From: Coleofasciculus sp. B1-GNL1-01 | GTDB taxonomy: Bacteria > Cyanobacteriota > Cyanobacteriia > Cyanobacteriales > Coleofasciculaceae | Direction: 5' to 3' (one strand) | DNA length: 39,479 nt | NCBI GenBank assembly: GCA_040220235.1 | Contig: JAVJTO010000027.1 | Shown: piece by piece, positions 18,065 through 28,265 of the stretch | Position numbering within the stretch: position 1 is the stretch's first letter | Layout of the letters: every line of letters begins with the position of its first letter | Notes under the pieces: model-generated | The model's input: the letters and a program-made list of their open reading frames with translations, nothing else | What the model was told of the DNA's origin: nothing | Database searches by the model: none | Program-made: the position numbers and the translations under genes

Positions 18065-19243
18065 GGCTCTCCCGTACTTAGGGTGATAAGTTTAGTTAAT
18101 ATAAGAGCCTTGATGCCCTAGATTTAGTCTTGGCTCGGAGCGCTAGCGGAGAGTCAAGACTAGATTATCTCCTCAAATCAAGTCTTTACCAATCTCCTCA
18201 GAATCTCTCTATATTAGGAGAAGGAACCGAGTAAACGGCTGCGCCAGTTATCAAAGTTGGTAAAGCCATAACCCAATCTCATAATTAACTTAATTTTATT
18301 GTTAATTCCCTCCATAACACCACTAGTTGTTCGACTAATAAAGTAGTTGCATATATCAGGTAAATGCTTTCGGATAGTTGCTGCCGTCTTGCCATAAAAT
18401 ACCTGGGCAGAAATCAACCAATTTTCCATTCTACTCATCCCCGATTCGACCGTTTTAGAAGTTTCGTAAATATCCCGAAACTCTTCTTTTATCTCATAGA
18501 TCACTAACGACCGTAACAAAATTTCTGTGTCCCTTGCTTTTACTGACTTCATCTATACTGAGACGTTTAACTTCACCCCAGTTTTTTTTGAGGATTTTGA
18601 ACTAACCGATTTAAAAATTCCTTCCGCTTCTTCATGCTTCTTCATAAGTCAAATCTTATTCTTGACTTATTTGTTCGATATTGCTTAGGAGAATTCGTCG
18701 ATAAATATGAGATTCATATCGCCGAGTGTACCGTCGCTTCCCTGGCAAAAACTCTAGCTTTTTTGTGCAATATTTTTGGCATTGACGACAGTAGAATTGC
18801 TGACGAGGTACTCTCAAATACACAGGTTGACCAAAAATTGGTAAATCCCTGACTAAGAGTTGACGTACTTGGTGAAGTTCTTGCGTATATTTTTGACAGT
18901 GAGGGCAGTTCATCTCCTTTGTCAATATTTCTAAATTAAGACAGATAAAATCCTCATTACGAAAGTAACCTATTACAGTGACTTCTGGTAAATTCAGCAG
19001 AGAGTCAATAGAAAATTCCATCAGTAGATGTTTCCAATCTGAGAAAAATTGTTAAGTTTACTATCTTTTTAGTTAACTCGGTATTTGCTCAGATCATTGC
19101 ATAGGTATAAATCAAAATCAAGGGAAATGTAGTCTTGACTCTCCGCTAGCGCTCCGAGCCAAGACTATAGTCAAGCTATTAAAACTCTGATTATTTAAAC
19201 TATTTACATTAGCTAAACTTATCACCCTAAGTACCGGAGAGCC
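18065..19243 (-). mobile_element. ISL3-family insertion sequence, internally deleted
   Basis: 31-bp terminal IRs (GGCTCTCC(C/G)GTACTTAGGGTGATAAGTTTAG, 1 mismatch) at 18065-18095 and 19213-19243; no target duplication visible. Confidence 0.93.
18214..19021 (-). pseudogene. ISL3 transposase pseudogene
   Basis: Zinc finger CPHC..VRDLP..PRQQFYCRQC; nonsense codon at 18656; KRLSIDEV..KGHRNFVTVVSDL then a deletion joining to YEIKEEF...SGVMEGINNKIKLIMR.GYGF. Confidence 0.92.
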
Positions 19244-19245
19244 AA

Positions 19246-19277
19246 ACAAATGACCAATGACAAATGACCAATGACAA
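19246..19277. repeat. 7-bp STRR-type repeat (CAAATGA/CCAATGA)
   Basis: Directly visible after the crtB stop. Confidence 0.8.
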
Positions 19278-20204
19278 TTAAAGCGCCTGCGCCCTTAACC
19301 ACGCTACTGGTAAATACAGCAACTTCCGCCCCTTAGACACATAAGCCCGTTGCGTAAATACATCATAATTATTACGCTCAATGACATCTAAAATACCCTG
19401 ATACAGCATCGTAGCCGCCCAGACGGGCCAACGCGCATCCCGACTCAGCGCCCCAATACCCTTTTCTGCGTAAGTATAAAACTTACGCGCCCGTTGAATT
19501 TGGAAGCGCATTAATTCCTGCCAGCGCTCGTCCACCACTCCCTTAAATAAATCCTCTTCTGTATAATTAAATAGCGCTAATTCATCTAATGGCAAGTAAA
19601 TTCGACCCCGTTGAGCATCTTCGCCAACATCGCGGAGGATATTGGTTAACTGCTTGGCAATCCCCAACGCGATCGCTTCCTCTACCGGATTCATCCCAAA
19701 CTGATTATTCCAAGGCGTTTGACTCCAATCCAAGTCAAATCCTAGCACCGGACTGGTCATTAACCCCACCGTACCCGCCACACGATAGCAGTACAGCTTC
19801 AGTTCTTCAAAGGTTTGATAACGGCTGCGAGATAAGTCCATCCGTTGACCGGCAATCATATCCCGAAACGGTTGAATATCCATCGGGAACCGTTGCAACG
19901 TATCCACTAACGCCACATCCGCATCCTCGATTGGCTGTCCGGCGAAAACAGATTCTAACTGCTGTTCCCAGCGATCCAAGGTTTCCGGTGTGGTTAAACG
20001 GGCTTGGGGACCATCCACCAGTTCATCGGTTCGCCGACACCAGAAGTAGATTGCCCATATCGCACGCCGCTTTTGTTCTGGCATCAGTAAGGTAGCCAGA
20101 TAAAACGTCTTGGCATATTTTGCTGTAATCTGACGACAGATTTCATAAGCCTCAGATTCAGAAACCAGCTTTCTCATGGGCGGAGATTTAGGCAATTGAA
20201 GCAT
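19278..20204 (-). CDS. crtB: 15-cis-phytoene synthase
   Basis: YAKTFYL, WCRRTDELVD, YCYRVAGTVG, QLTNILRDVGED..RGRIYLP motifs. Confidence 0.98.
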   Translation of the reverse strand: MLQLPKSPPMRKLVSESEAYEICRQITAKYAKTFYLATLLMPEQKRRAIWAIYFWCRRTDELVDGPQARLTTPETLDRWEQQLESVFAGQPIEDADVALVDTLQRFPMDIQPFRDMIAGQRMDLSRSRYQTFEELKLYCYRVAGTVGLMTSPVLGFDLDWSQTPWNNQFGMNPVEEAIALGIAKQLTNILRDVGEDAQRGRIYLPLDELALFNYTEEDLFKGVVDERWQELMRFQIQRARKFYTYAEKGIGALSRDARWPVWAATMLYQGILDVIERNNYDVFTQRAYVSKGRKLLYLPVAWLRAQAL

Positions 20205-20502
20205 TCGTTGCAGGTAATTCGGTTAGGGGCGAAGGAGTAGATCTTGGATTAAGTCATAGCAGTTAGCCGTCCAAAGAAGTCAAAAAAATGGTACTGACTC
20301 CTATAGTCGAGAAACACGTTTCCCAGAACCCAAGCTCAAGTACGCTCAAATTTAGCGGGTCAGTCTTGGAACCCAGTTCAACGGAACGCCAGCTTCCAGC
20401 CCACAGACAAAAAACAGCTTCTCGCCGATTTTAGTTCCAGGGCTTTAGCTGGGATAGTTACGGTAAAGACGGATAGTGGGGTTAGGATAATGAATTTTTC
20501 TC

Positions 20503-21984
<1,482 letters not shown>

Positions 21985-22172
21985 TCATTATACTTTGCAA
22001 TCCGTTACATTTGGTCAAAACTGTCGCCGACTTCCTAGAATTAGCGAAGAGGCGAGGGGGTGGAGAAGCGCAGGTGCAGGGGTGCAGGGGGACTCCAGGA
22101 GCAGAGAAGAAAAATCTGCTATCTTGAGACCGCAACCTCTGGTGATTGGGAAAGTTTTGAGTGTTGAGGAGT

Positions 22173-22240
22173 GTAGGGACGGGTCATGAAACTTTCTATT
22201 TCGCTATTGATGATAACGTTTCTACAAAACCCGCCCTGAC
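22173..22240 (+). repeat. REPIN-like unit
   Basis: GTAGGGACGGGT...AAACCCGCCCTGAC. Confidence 0.65.
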
Positions 22241-22255
22241 TAAGTGTTGAGTTAA

Positions 22256-22313
22256 CTCCCCCATCTCCCTCATCTTCCCCATCTTCCCCATCTCCCCCAT
22301 CTCCCTCACCCCC
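22256..22313. repeat. 9-bp tandem repeat (CCCCATCT(C/T))
   Basis: About six imperfect units; reverse-complement relative of the 5739 and 23808 tracts. Confidence 0.8.
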
Positions 22314-22329
22314 GTTCCCACGGTCATCA

Positions 22330-23724
22330 ATGATGAACAAACCGACTCAGCTAATCTACCCTACCGTCGATCTATTCTTATATGACCTGCGCGATAGTTT
22401 CGGTCACTCTCTACCGGAAATACATCACTACCGCCACCAATTTTGGCAAAAAATCGATCCCAACTTAGACGATGACAAACTCAACCAATTAGCCGCCCTA
22501 GAAAATCCCGCAGCGGATTATGTCCAACTCTTGGTTAAGGGATTTGAATCTCCCTTAGATGGATACTATCGAGCGCTACAACTCGGAGATGCTTACGCCC
22601 TGCAAGTTAATTGTTCAGGAGATTATAAAGATCCGGAAACAAAACAACCGAATGATGAGACCCAATGCATTGAAACCTTAAGCAAACTCAAGAAAATTAT
22701 TGCCTCTCACATTAATCATCAATGGGATACGGGGGAACTTCTCCCCACCCAGCAAGGCACAATTGGTCAAACGTGGTTAGTGTCGGTGCAAATTGCTGAT
22801 AGTAATCAAGATCCCAAACAACTGGCTAAAGACTGTTATAAACAGCTCACGCCCAATCCGAAATGGATTCCTGAATTTAGAGAACAAGGACGATTCTTGG
22901 GGGCAAGGGTATTTGAATATTGGCATTCTCCCGATAATTGGCAGCAAGACTGGGAGTCGTTTAGTCAAGAAAACTATCATTTGATTATTTGCATGTTTCC
23001 CGCTGGCAAAAAAGTCACGGAAATTCGGCAGAATCTGTATGACATTCACTTGGATTTAATCCGCTTATTTAGCTATCGCCATAAAATTGTTTGGGCATAC
23101 TGGCAAAGTCGTTGTCGTACTCAAGACTTAAAACTTCAATCTTATGAAATTCGACGTTTAGTTGCCAGTGTCCGTACTTTACCCAATCCGATTCCTGCTC
23201 AAGGCTTAAATTTAAAAGAGCTGCAATCAACCTTAATTCAAACTTTGCCCACTTTATCAGATTATGCCATGAATTTAAACGATTTAGACTATTATATGAC
23301 CACGATTCAGGGGAATTTGGAAAATTATCAAAAGCGGATTCAAAAGCTGGAACGAGAAACAAGCAGCTATTTAAAATTTTTGAACCACTTTAGTGAAGTG
23401 GCAGATGAAAAATATCTGCAACAAGTCGCCACAGATAGCGCGACATTCCGTCCCGGATTACCTTTGATGGAAAATTTGATTCGGACGATTGGTAGTGTGA
23501 GTGGTATTGAACAAACCAAGAGTAATCGCACGCTGAATACAACCGTCGCGTTAATTGGTATTGGATTGATTGTCAGCAGTATCGCCGCCACGGTTTTGGT
23601 CGAACAACTACCCCCCGCCAAAGATACACCATTTTTGTTTACTCCTGTATTTTGGGGAAGTATTAGCACAGGCGTCATCGCTGTAGTGATTGCCTTTATT
23701 TTTCTGTTTCGCGATCGCCGTTAG
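22330..23724 (+). CDS. Hypothetical protein with long helical region and two C-terminal TM helices (CorA-like architecture)
   Basis: 464-aa ORF; coiled-coil-like LQSTL...LENYQKRIQKLE; TM segments TVALIGIGLIVSSIAATVLV and VFWGSISTGVIAVVIAFIFLF; no GMN motif. Confidence 0.75.
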   Translation: MMNKPTQLIYPTVDLFLYDLRDSFGHSLPEIHHYRHQFWQKIDPNLDDDKLNQLAALENPAADYVQLLVKGFESPLDGYYRALQLGDAYALQVNCSGDYKDPETKQPNDETQCIETLSKLKKIIASHINHQWDTGELLPTQQGTIGQTWLVSVQIADSNQDPKQLAKDCYKQLTPNPKWIPEFREQGRFLGARVFEYWHSPDNWQQDWESFSQENYHLIICMFPAGKKVTEIRQNLYDIHLDLIRLFSYRHKIVWAYWQSRCRTQDLKLQSYEIRRLVASVRTLPNPIPAQGLNLKELQSTLIQTLPTLSDYAMNLNDLDYYMTTIQGNLENYQKRIQKLERETSSYLKFLNHFSEVADEKYLQQVATDSATFRPGLPLMENLIRTIGSVSGIEQTKSNRTLNTTVALIGIGLIVSSIAATVLVEQLPPAKDTPFLFTPVFWGSISTGVIAVVIAFIFLFRDRR

Positions 23725-23760
23725 AGGTTGGCACGTCTGGAAGATGGAGGAGATTAGGGA

Positions 23761-23990
23761 GTTATCAGTTATCAGTTATCAGTTATCAGTTATATCAGTT
23801 ATCAGAAGCAGGGGGAGATGGGGGAGATGGGAAAATTGTGTAGGGGCGGGTTTCACTACTATTTTTTCGGTTACACCAAGATGTAACTAAACCCGCCCCG
23901 ACTGTACGTAGCTTGCTTCTCGCGAAGCGAGTAGGACGAATAACGAATGGCGAATGACATAAGACAAATGACAAATGACAAATGACTATT
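23761..23990. repeat. Repeat cluster: (GTTATCA)n, 9-mer tract, REPIN-like unit (23840-23902), small dispersed repeat (23906-23933), (TGACAAA)n
   Basis: All directly visible; the last tract supplies the TPR gene ATG. Confidence 0.85.
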
Positions 23991-26128
23991 TAGCCAATCA
24001 GTGGTTACATCAGGGAATTGAATACTTTAAGATTGGGCGCTACGGGGAAGCGATCGCGAGTTTTGAGAAGGCTGCCCAATTCCACCCCAATATGCCAGAA
24101 ATTTGGTTCCATTGGGGGAATACTTGTTTTCATCTGGGATGGTTCGACGCGGCGTTGACGAACTATGAGAAAGCGATTACGCTGAAACCGGATTACTCAG
24201 AAGCCTGGTTTAATCAGGGAAATATTCTATTTAAATTAGGACGCCTAGAAGACGCTTTAGCGAGTTATGACCAAGCGACACAATTTAATCCTGATTTGGC
24301 AGTGGCTTGGGGAAATCGGGCAAGTACGCTGTATAATTTGGGACGCCACGACGAGGCGTTAGCCAGTTGTCAACAGGCGACTCACTGCCAGCCGGATTAT
24401 GTGCAAGCTTGGTATATGCAAGGGTTGGTGTTGATGAATGGGGGACGAAATGAGGACGCATTAGCAAGCTTTGATCAAGCCACAAGCTTAAATTCTAACT
24501 ATCTGGAGGCTTGGAAACATAAAGGCTGGATTCTGTTTAATTTAAACCGTTATCCTGAGGCATTAGAAAGTTGGCAAGAAGCGGTTTCACTACAGCCCAA
24601 TGATTACGAGGTGTGGTTTCAGCAAGGGAATACATTTTATCGGTTGGAACGGTTAGACGATGCTTTAGCGAGTTATGAAAAAGCCATTACCTTACAACCT
24701 GATGCCCCAGAAGCATGGAATAATCGGGGATTGGTTTTGTTTCATTTAACTCGCTATACCGAAGCCGTGACAAGCTGTGAAAAGGCAACTAAACTACAAC
24801 CCAATTACCCAGAAGCCTGGTTTCATCGCGGTAATGCCTTGTTTAGTTTAGGACGTTTAGACGATGCGATCGCGTCTTATGACCAAGCCTTGCAGCTTAA
24901 ACCCGATGATTCCGCCACTTGGGGCAATCGAGGCAGTGCATTATATAATTTGGGACGGTATCGGGAAGCGGTTTCGAGTTGCCAGAATGCCACCTATTTT
25001 AATCCCGATTATGCCGAGGCGTGGTACATGCAGGGATTGGCGCTAATGCAGGGAGAACAACCCAACGCCGCGATCGCCTGTATGGATAAAGCAACAACAT
25101 TGAAACCTGATTATGCCCAAGCCTGGTTGTATCGGGGTCATTTATTATTTCAATTAGGGCATTTAGCAGAGGCGATCGCCAGTTGTCAACAAGCGATAAC
25201 CCTTCAACCCAACTATGTAGAGGCTTGGTCTATTCAAGGTATCGCCTTGATGCAGTTACAACGTCCCCAAGAGGCGATCGCTTGTTTGGATCGGGTGGTT
25301 GAATTGTACCCGGAACACCCGGAGGCTTGGAAACATCGGGGAACGGTTCTGTGTCAGTTGGAACGCTTAGAGGATGCGATTAGCAGTTTTGATCGAGCAA
25401 TTACCCTCAAGCCAGATTACTTTCAGGCATGGTATAATAAAGGGTTACTCCTCATGCATTTAGACCGCCCAAATGCGGCTATTACCACCTTTGATAACGC
25501 CCTAGAACTGCAACCGAATTTATATCCCGCCTGGGTAAACCGAGGCAATCTATTATTACAAGAAGGGCGCTGGGACGCGGCGATCGCCAGTTATGATCAA
25601 GCCCTAGCCATTCAACCCAATTTTGCCGAAGCCTGGGCAAATCGAGGGATTGCCTTAGAGAAGCTAGGACGTTACCAAGACGCCTTAGACAGTTATGATA
25701 AAGCCTTAGCCCTACAATCCGATGATGCTAAAATCTGGAATCATCACGGAGTTATCCTCATCCAGTTAGGACGTTATCAGGACGCCTTAATCAGTTTCAG
25801 CAACGCCTTAGACAATCAGCCAGATGACCCAGAAACCTGGAATAATCGCGGCTTAGCCTTGGATAATTTAGGGCGGTATGAAGAAGCAATGGTTTGTTTT
25901 GAACAAGCGATTGAATTAAACTCCGATTATGCCCAAGCCTGGAACAATCGCGGGGTAGCGTTACGGAATTTAGGACGAGAAGAGGAAGCGATTCTATCCT
26001 TTGATCAGGCATTAGAATTAAACCCCGATTACCCGGAAGCATGGAATAATCGGGGTTTAGCGTTACGAAATTTGGGACGAGAAGAGGAAGCGAATGCCAG
26101 CTTTGAACAAGCAAATATGAAGGATTAG
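23975..26128 (+). CDS. Tetratricopeptide-repeat protein (~20 TPRs, no other domain)
   Basis: 34-aa periodic AW.NRG..L..LGRYEEA..S.D.A..L.P motif along the full length. Confidence 0.95.
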   Translation: MTNDYLANQWLHQGIEYFKIGRYGEAIASFEKAAQFHPNMPEIWFHWGNTCFHLGWFDAALTNYEKAITLKPDYSEAWFNQGNILFKLGRLEDALASYDQATQFNPDLAVAWGNRASTLYNLGRHDEALASCQQATHCQPDYVQAWYMQGLVLMNGGRNEDALASFDQATSLNSNYLEAWKHKGWILFNLNRYPEALESWQEAVSLQPNDYEVWFQQGNTFYRLERLDDALASYEKAITLQPDAPEAWNNRGLVLFHLTRYTEAVTSCEKATKLQPNYPEAWFHRGNALFSLGRLDDAIASYDQALQLKPDDSATWGNRGSALYNLGRYREAVSSCQNATYFNPDYAEAWYMQGLALMQGEQPNAAIACMDKATTLKPDYAQAWLYRGHLLFQLGHLAEAIASCQQAITLQPNYVEAWSIQGIALMQLQRPQEAIACLDRVVELYPEHPEAWKHRGTVLCQLERLEDAISSFDRAITLKPDYFQAWYNKGLLLMHLDRPNAAITTFDNALELQPNLYPAWVNRGNLLLQEGRWDAAIASYDQALAIQPNFAEAWANRGIALEKLGRYQDALDSYDKALALQSDDAKIWNHHGVILIQLGRYQDALISFSNALDNQPDDPETWNNRGLALDNLGRYEEAMVCFEQAIELNSDYAQAWNNRGVALRNLGREEEAILSFDQALELNPDYPEAWNNRGLALRNLGREEEANASFEQANMKD

Positions 26129-26182
26129 ATAAGTTTAGGTTTTAGTGTATAATGGTTCAATCCTCATGTTTTGAGCAAAACG

Positions 26183-27079
26183 ATGAGATTTATTAATCCC
26201 AAAACTGATTACGCCTTCAAGAAAATTTTTGGTTCCGCTGAAAGCAAAGACATTTTGATTAGTTTTCTCAATGCCTTGATTTATGACGGTAACTCCACCA
26301 TTGAAGATTTAGAAATTATCAATCCCAACTTACCCCCGAAAGTTGAGGGGTTAAAAGATACTTACCTTGATGTCAAAGCTCAACTAAAAAACGGCACACT
26401 GGTGATCATTGAAATGCAAGTCCTGAATGTGCAATCCTTTGGGAAGAGAGTTTTGTTCAACGCCGCCAAGACCTATGCCTTTCAACTGCAAAAAGGAGAA
26501 GGCTACCGAATGCTTAAACCAGTCATTGCTCTAACCTTGACTGATTTTGAGATGTTTCCGGGTCGCCATCCGTTTACATCCCGCTTCGTTTATCGAGAAG
26601 TATCCGATGGCTATGTTTATACCGAAAACGATATTGAACTGATTTTTGTTGAATTACCCAAATTTACCAAAGAAATTGAAGAACTAGAAACGATTACTGA
26701 TAAATGGATTTACTTTATCAAATCCGCGCGATCGCTCGATGAAGTTCCCACAAATATGGACAATATTCCCGAACTCCACCGCGCCTTTGAAATTGCCAAT
26801 CAAGCCAACCTAACCCGCGAAGAACTAGAAGATTTGGAGCGTCGAGAAATGTTTATTTATGATCAGCAAGGAGCGGTTGCTCTGGGTCGTGAAGAAGGTC
26901 GTCAAGAAGGTCGTCAAGAAGGTCGTCAAGAAGGTCGTCAAGAAGGCAAAAAAGAAGAACAACGCGCTATTGCTAAAAAGCTACTCACCCTACTGGATGA
27001 CGAAGCGATCGCGGCAACAACAGGATTAAGTCGGGAAGCCGTTCGAGAACTGCGCGAGAAAGAGTCTGAGAATTTGTAG
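26183..27079 (+). CDS. Rpn family / PD-(D/E)xK nuclease (putative transposase-like)
   Basis: MRFINPKTDYAFKKIFG, YLDVKA..IIEMQ, FVELPKF, DKWIYF, (GRQE)n and IA..TGLS C-terminal HTH; TATAAT at 26148-26153 upstream. Confidence 0.92.
   Translation: MRFINPKTDYAFKKIFGSAESKDILISFLNALIYDGNSTIEDLEIINPNLPPKVEGLKDTYLDVKAQLKNGTLVIIEMQVLNVQSFGKRVLFNAAKTYAFQLQKGEGYRMLKPVIALTLTDFEMFPGRHPFTSRFVYREVSDGYVYTENDIELIFVELPKFTKEIEELETITDKWIYFIKSARSLDEVPTNMDNIPELHRAFEIANQANLTREELEDLERREMFIYDQQGAVALGREEGRQEGRQEGRQEGRQEGKKEEQRAIAKKLLTLLDDEAIAATTGLSREAVRELREKESENL
26885..26946 (+). repeat. In-frame 12-bp tandem repeat GGTCGT(C/G)AAGAA x5 (GRQE)
   Basis: Directly visible. Confidence 0.92.
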
Positions 27080-27085
27080 AACCAA

Positions 27086-28084
27086 TTAAGAATTCAAAAA
27101 ATCGGCATCAATTTCCGGTAAAGAAGGATTGATACTAATCCCAGAACCCAGTTCAAATCCGGCTGGAGTCGTTAGCCGAGGACTAATTTGGCAATACCAA
27201 TGAACCTGGGGTTCTTCGGCTTTGTAACGGGCAGCCGTATTAATCACGTAATTATAATCGGGATCACTTAGCTTGTCATACAACCGAGTCAGGACATTTT
27301 TGAGAATTAACGCAAAATGTGACTTTTCAATAGCGGAGATACTGCCAAAATCTGCCTCATGTTCCTTTGGCATAATCCAAGTTTCAAACGGCACATCAGC
27401 CGCAAAAGGAATAAACGCCAGAAATGATTCATTTTCAGCAATCACCCGTCTGCGGTGATGCTGTTCAAACTCTAAAATATCGCAATACACACATCGTTGC
27501 CATTGATCATAATATCGCTGGGCTTCTTGTTCTCGCACTCGAATATTTTGAGGAACCATGCCCGTTACAATCATTTGAGAATGGGGATGACTTAACGATG
27601 CACCCGCTTTCATCCCATGATTGCGAAAAATGATTGCCATCATATTCTTATGGGCTTGCATCAGTGTGACGTAGCGCTTGTGATAGGTCTCAATCACCGT
27701 TTCTACGTCCTCGATTGGCATTGTGGCAAGATCTTGATGATGATCAGGACTTTCAATAATCACTTCATGCTGACCATAACCGGGCATCATTAAATAAATC
27801 CCCTCCTTCGCTCGTTCTCTGTCTTCATCGGGAGTTAAGGCGGGAAACTTATTCAGTACAACTCGCGTTTGCCACCCTTTGTGGTGTCGGCTGGGCATCT
27901 CCAGGAAAATTGACTCAGATTTATTTTCATTGCCGGGACAAAAGGGACAATTTCGAGGTAGAATCCCTGAAGCTTGTTTTTGGCGACTCTGTTGCTGAAA
28001 ATCCTGGGGGCGTTTACGCCGACTGGGTGCATAAATCACCCATTCTTTCGTCACCTTGTTGAGTCGGATTTGACCGGATTGCAT
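27086..28084 (-). CDS. galT: Galactose-1-phosphate uridylyltransferase (GalT/HIT family)
   Basis: R.KRP, CPFCPGNE, NKFPAL, HEVIIESP.H, GASLSHPHSQ catalytic HxHxQ, AGFELGSG. Confidence 0.92.
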   Translation of the reverse strand: MQSGQIRLNKVTKEWVIYAPSRRKRPQDFQQQSRQKQASGILPRNCPFCPGNENKSESIFLEMPSRHHKGWQTRVVLNKFPALTPDEDRERAKEGIYLMMPGYGQHEVIIESPDHHQDLATMPIEDVETVIETYHKRYVTLMQAHKNMMAIIFRNHGMKAGASLSHPHSQMIVTGMVPQNIRVREQEAQRYYDQWQRCVYCDILEFEQHHRRRVIAENESFLAFIPFAADVPFETWIMPKEHEADFGSISAIEKSHFALILKNVLTRLYDKLSDPDYNYVINTAARYKAEEPQVHWYCQISPRLTTPAGFELGSGISINPSLPEIDADFLNS

Positions 28085-28155
28085 ACTATCTAGCCCCTAT
28101 AATGTACTTGGATAATCGTTGTCTTATAGTCGTTGATAATCGTTCTGATCGGAAT

Positions 28156-28265
28156 TTTGTCTGATGTTAACTCATCCGTTGCGTCTATCATTTATCATTC
28201 AGACATTATTTGTCTGATGTCAACTCATCCGTTGCGTCTCTCATTCACTATTCATCATTCAGACA
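28156..28265. repeat. ~53-bp direct duplication in the galT/sps divergent promoter
   Basis: TTTGTCTGATGT(T/C)AACTCATCCGTTGCGTCT...ATCATTCAGACA at 28156-28205 and 28209-28265. Confidence 0.88.

Noticed and set aside
19589..20095. 168-aa + strand ORF (likewise 1827-2411, 9204-9626, 12678-13301 and similar)
   Set aside because: Antisense or alternative-frame shadows of well-supported genes.
28156..28265. Mini CRISPR array
   Set aside because: Only two nearly adjacent units, with related rather than unique intervening sequence, and no cas genes.
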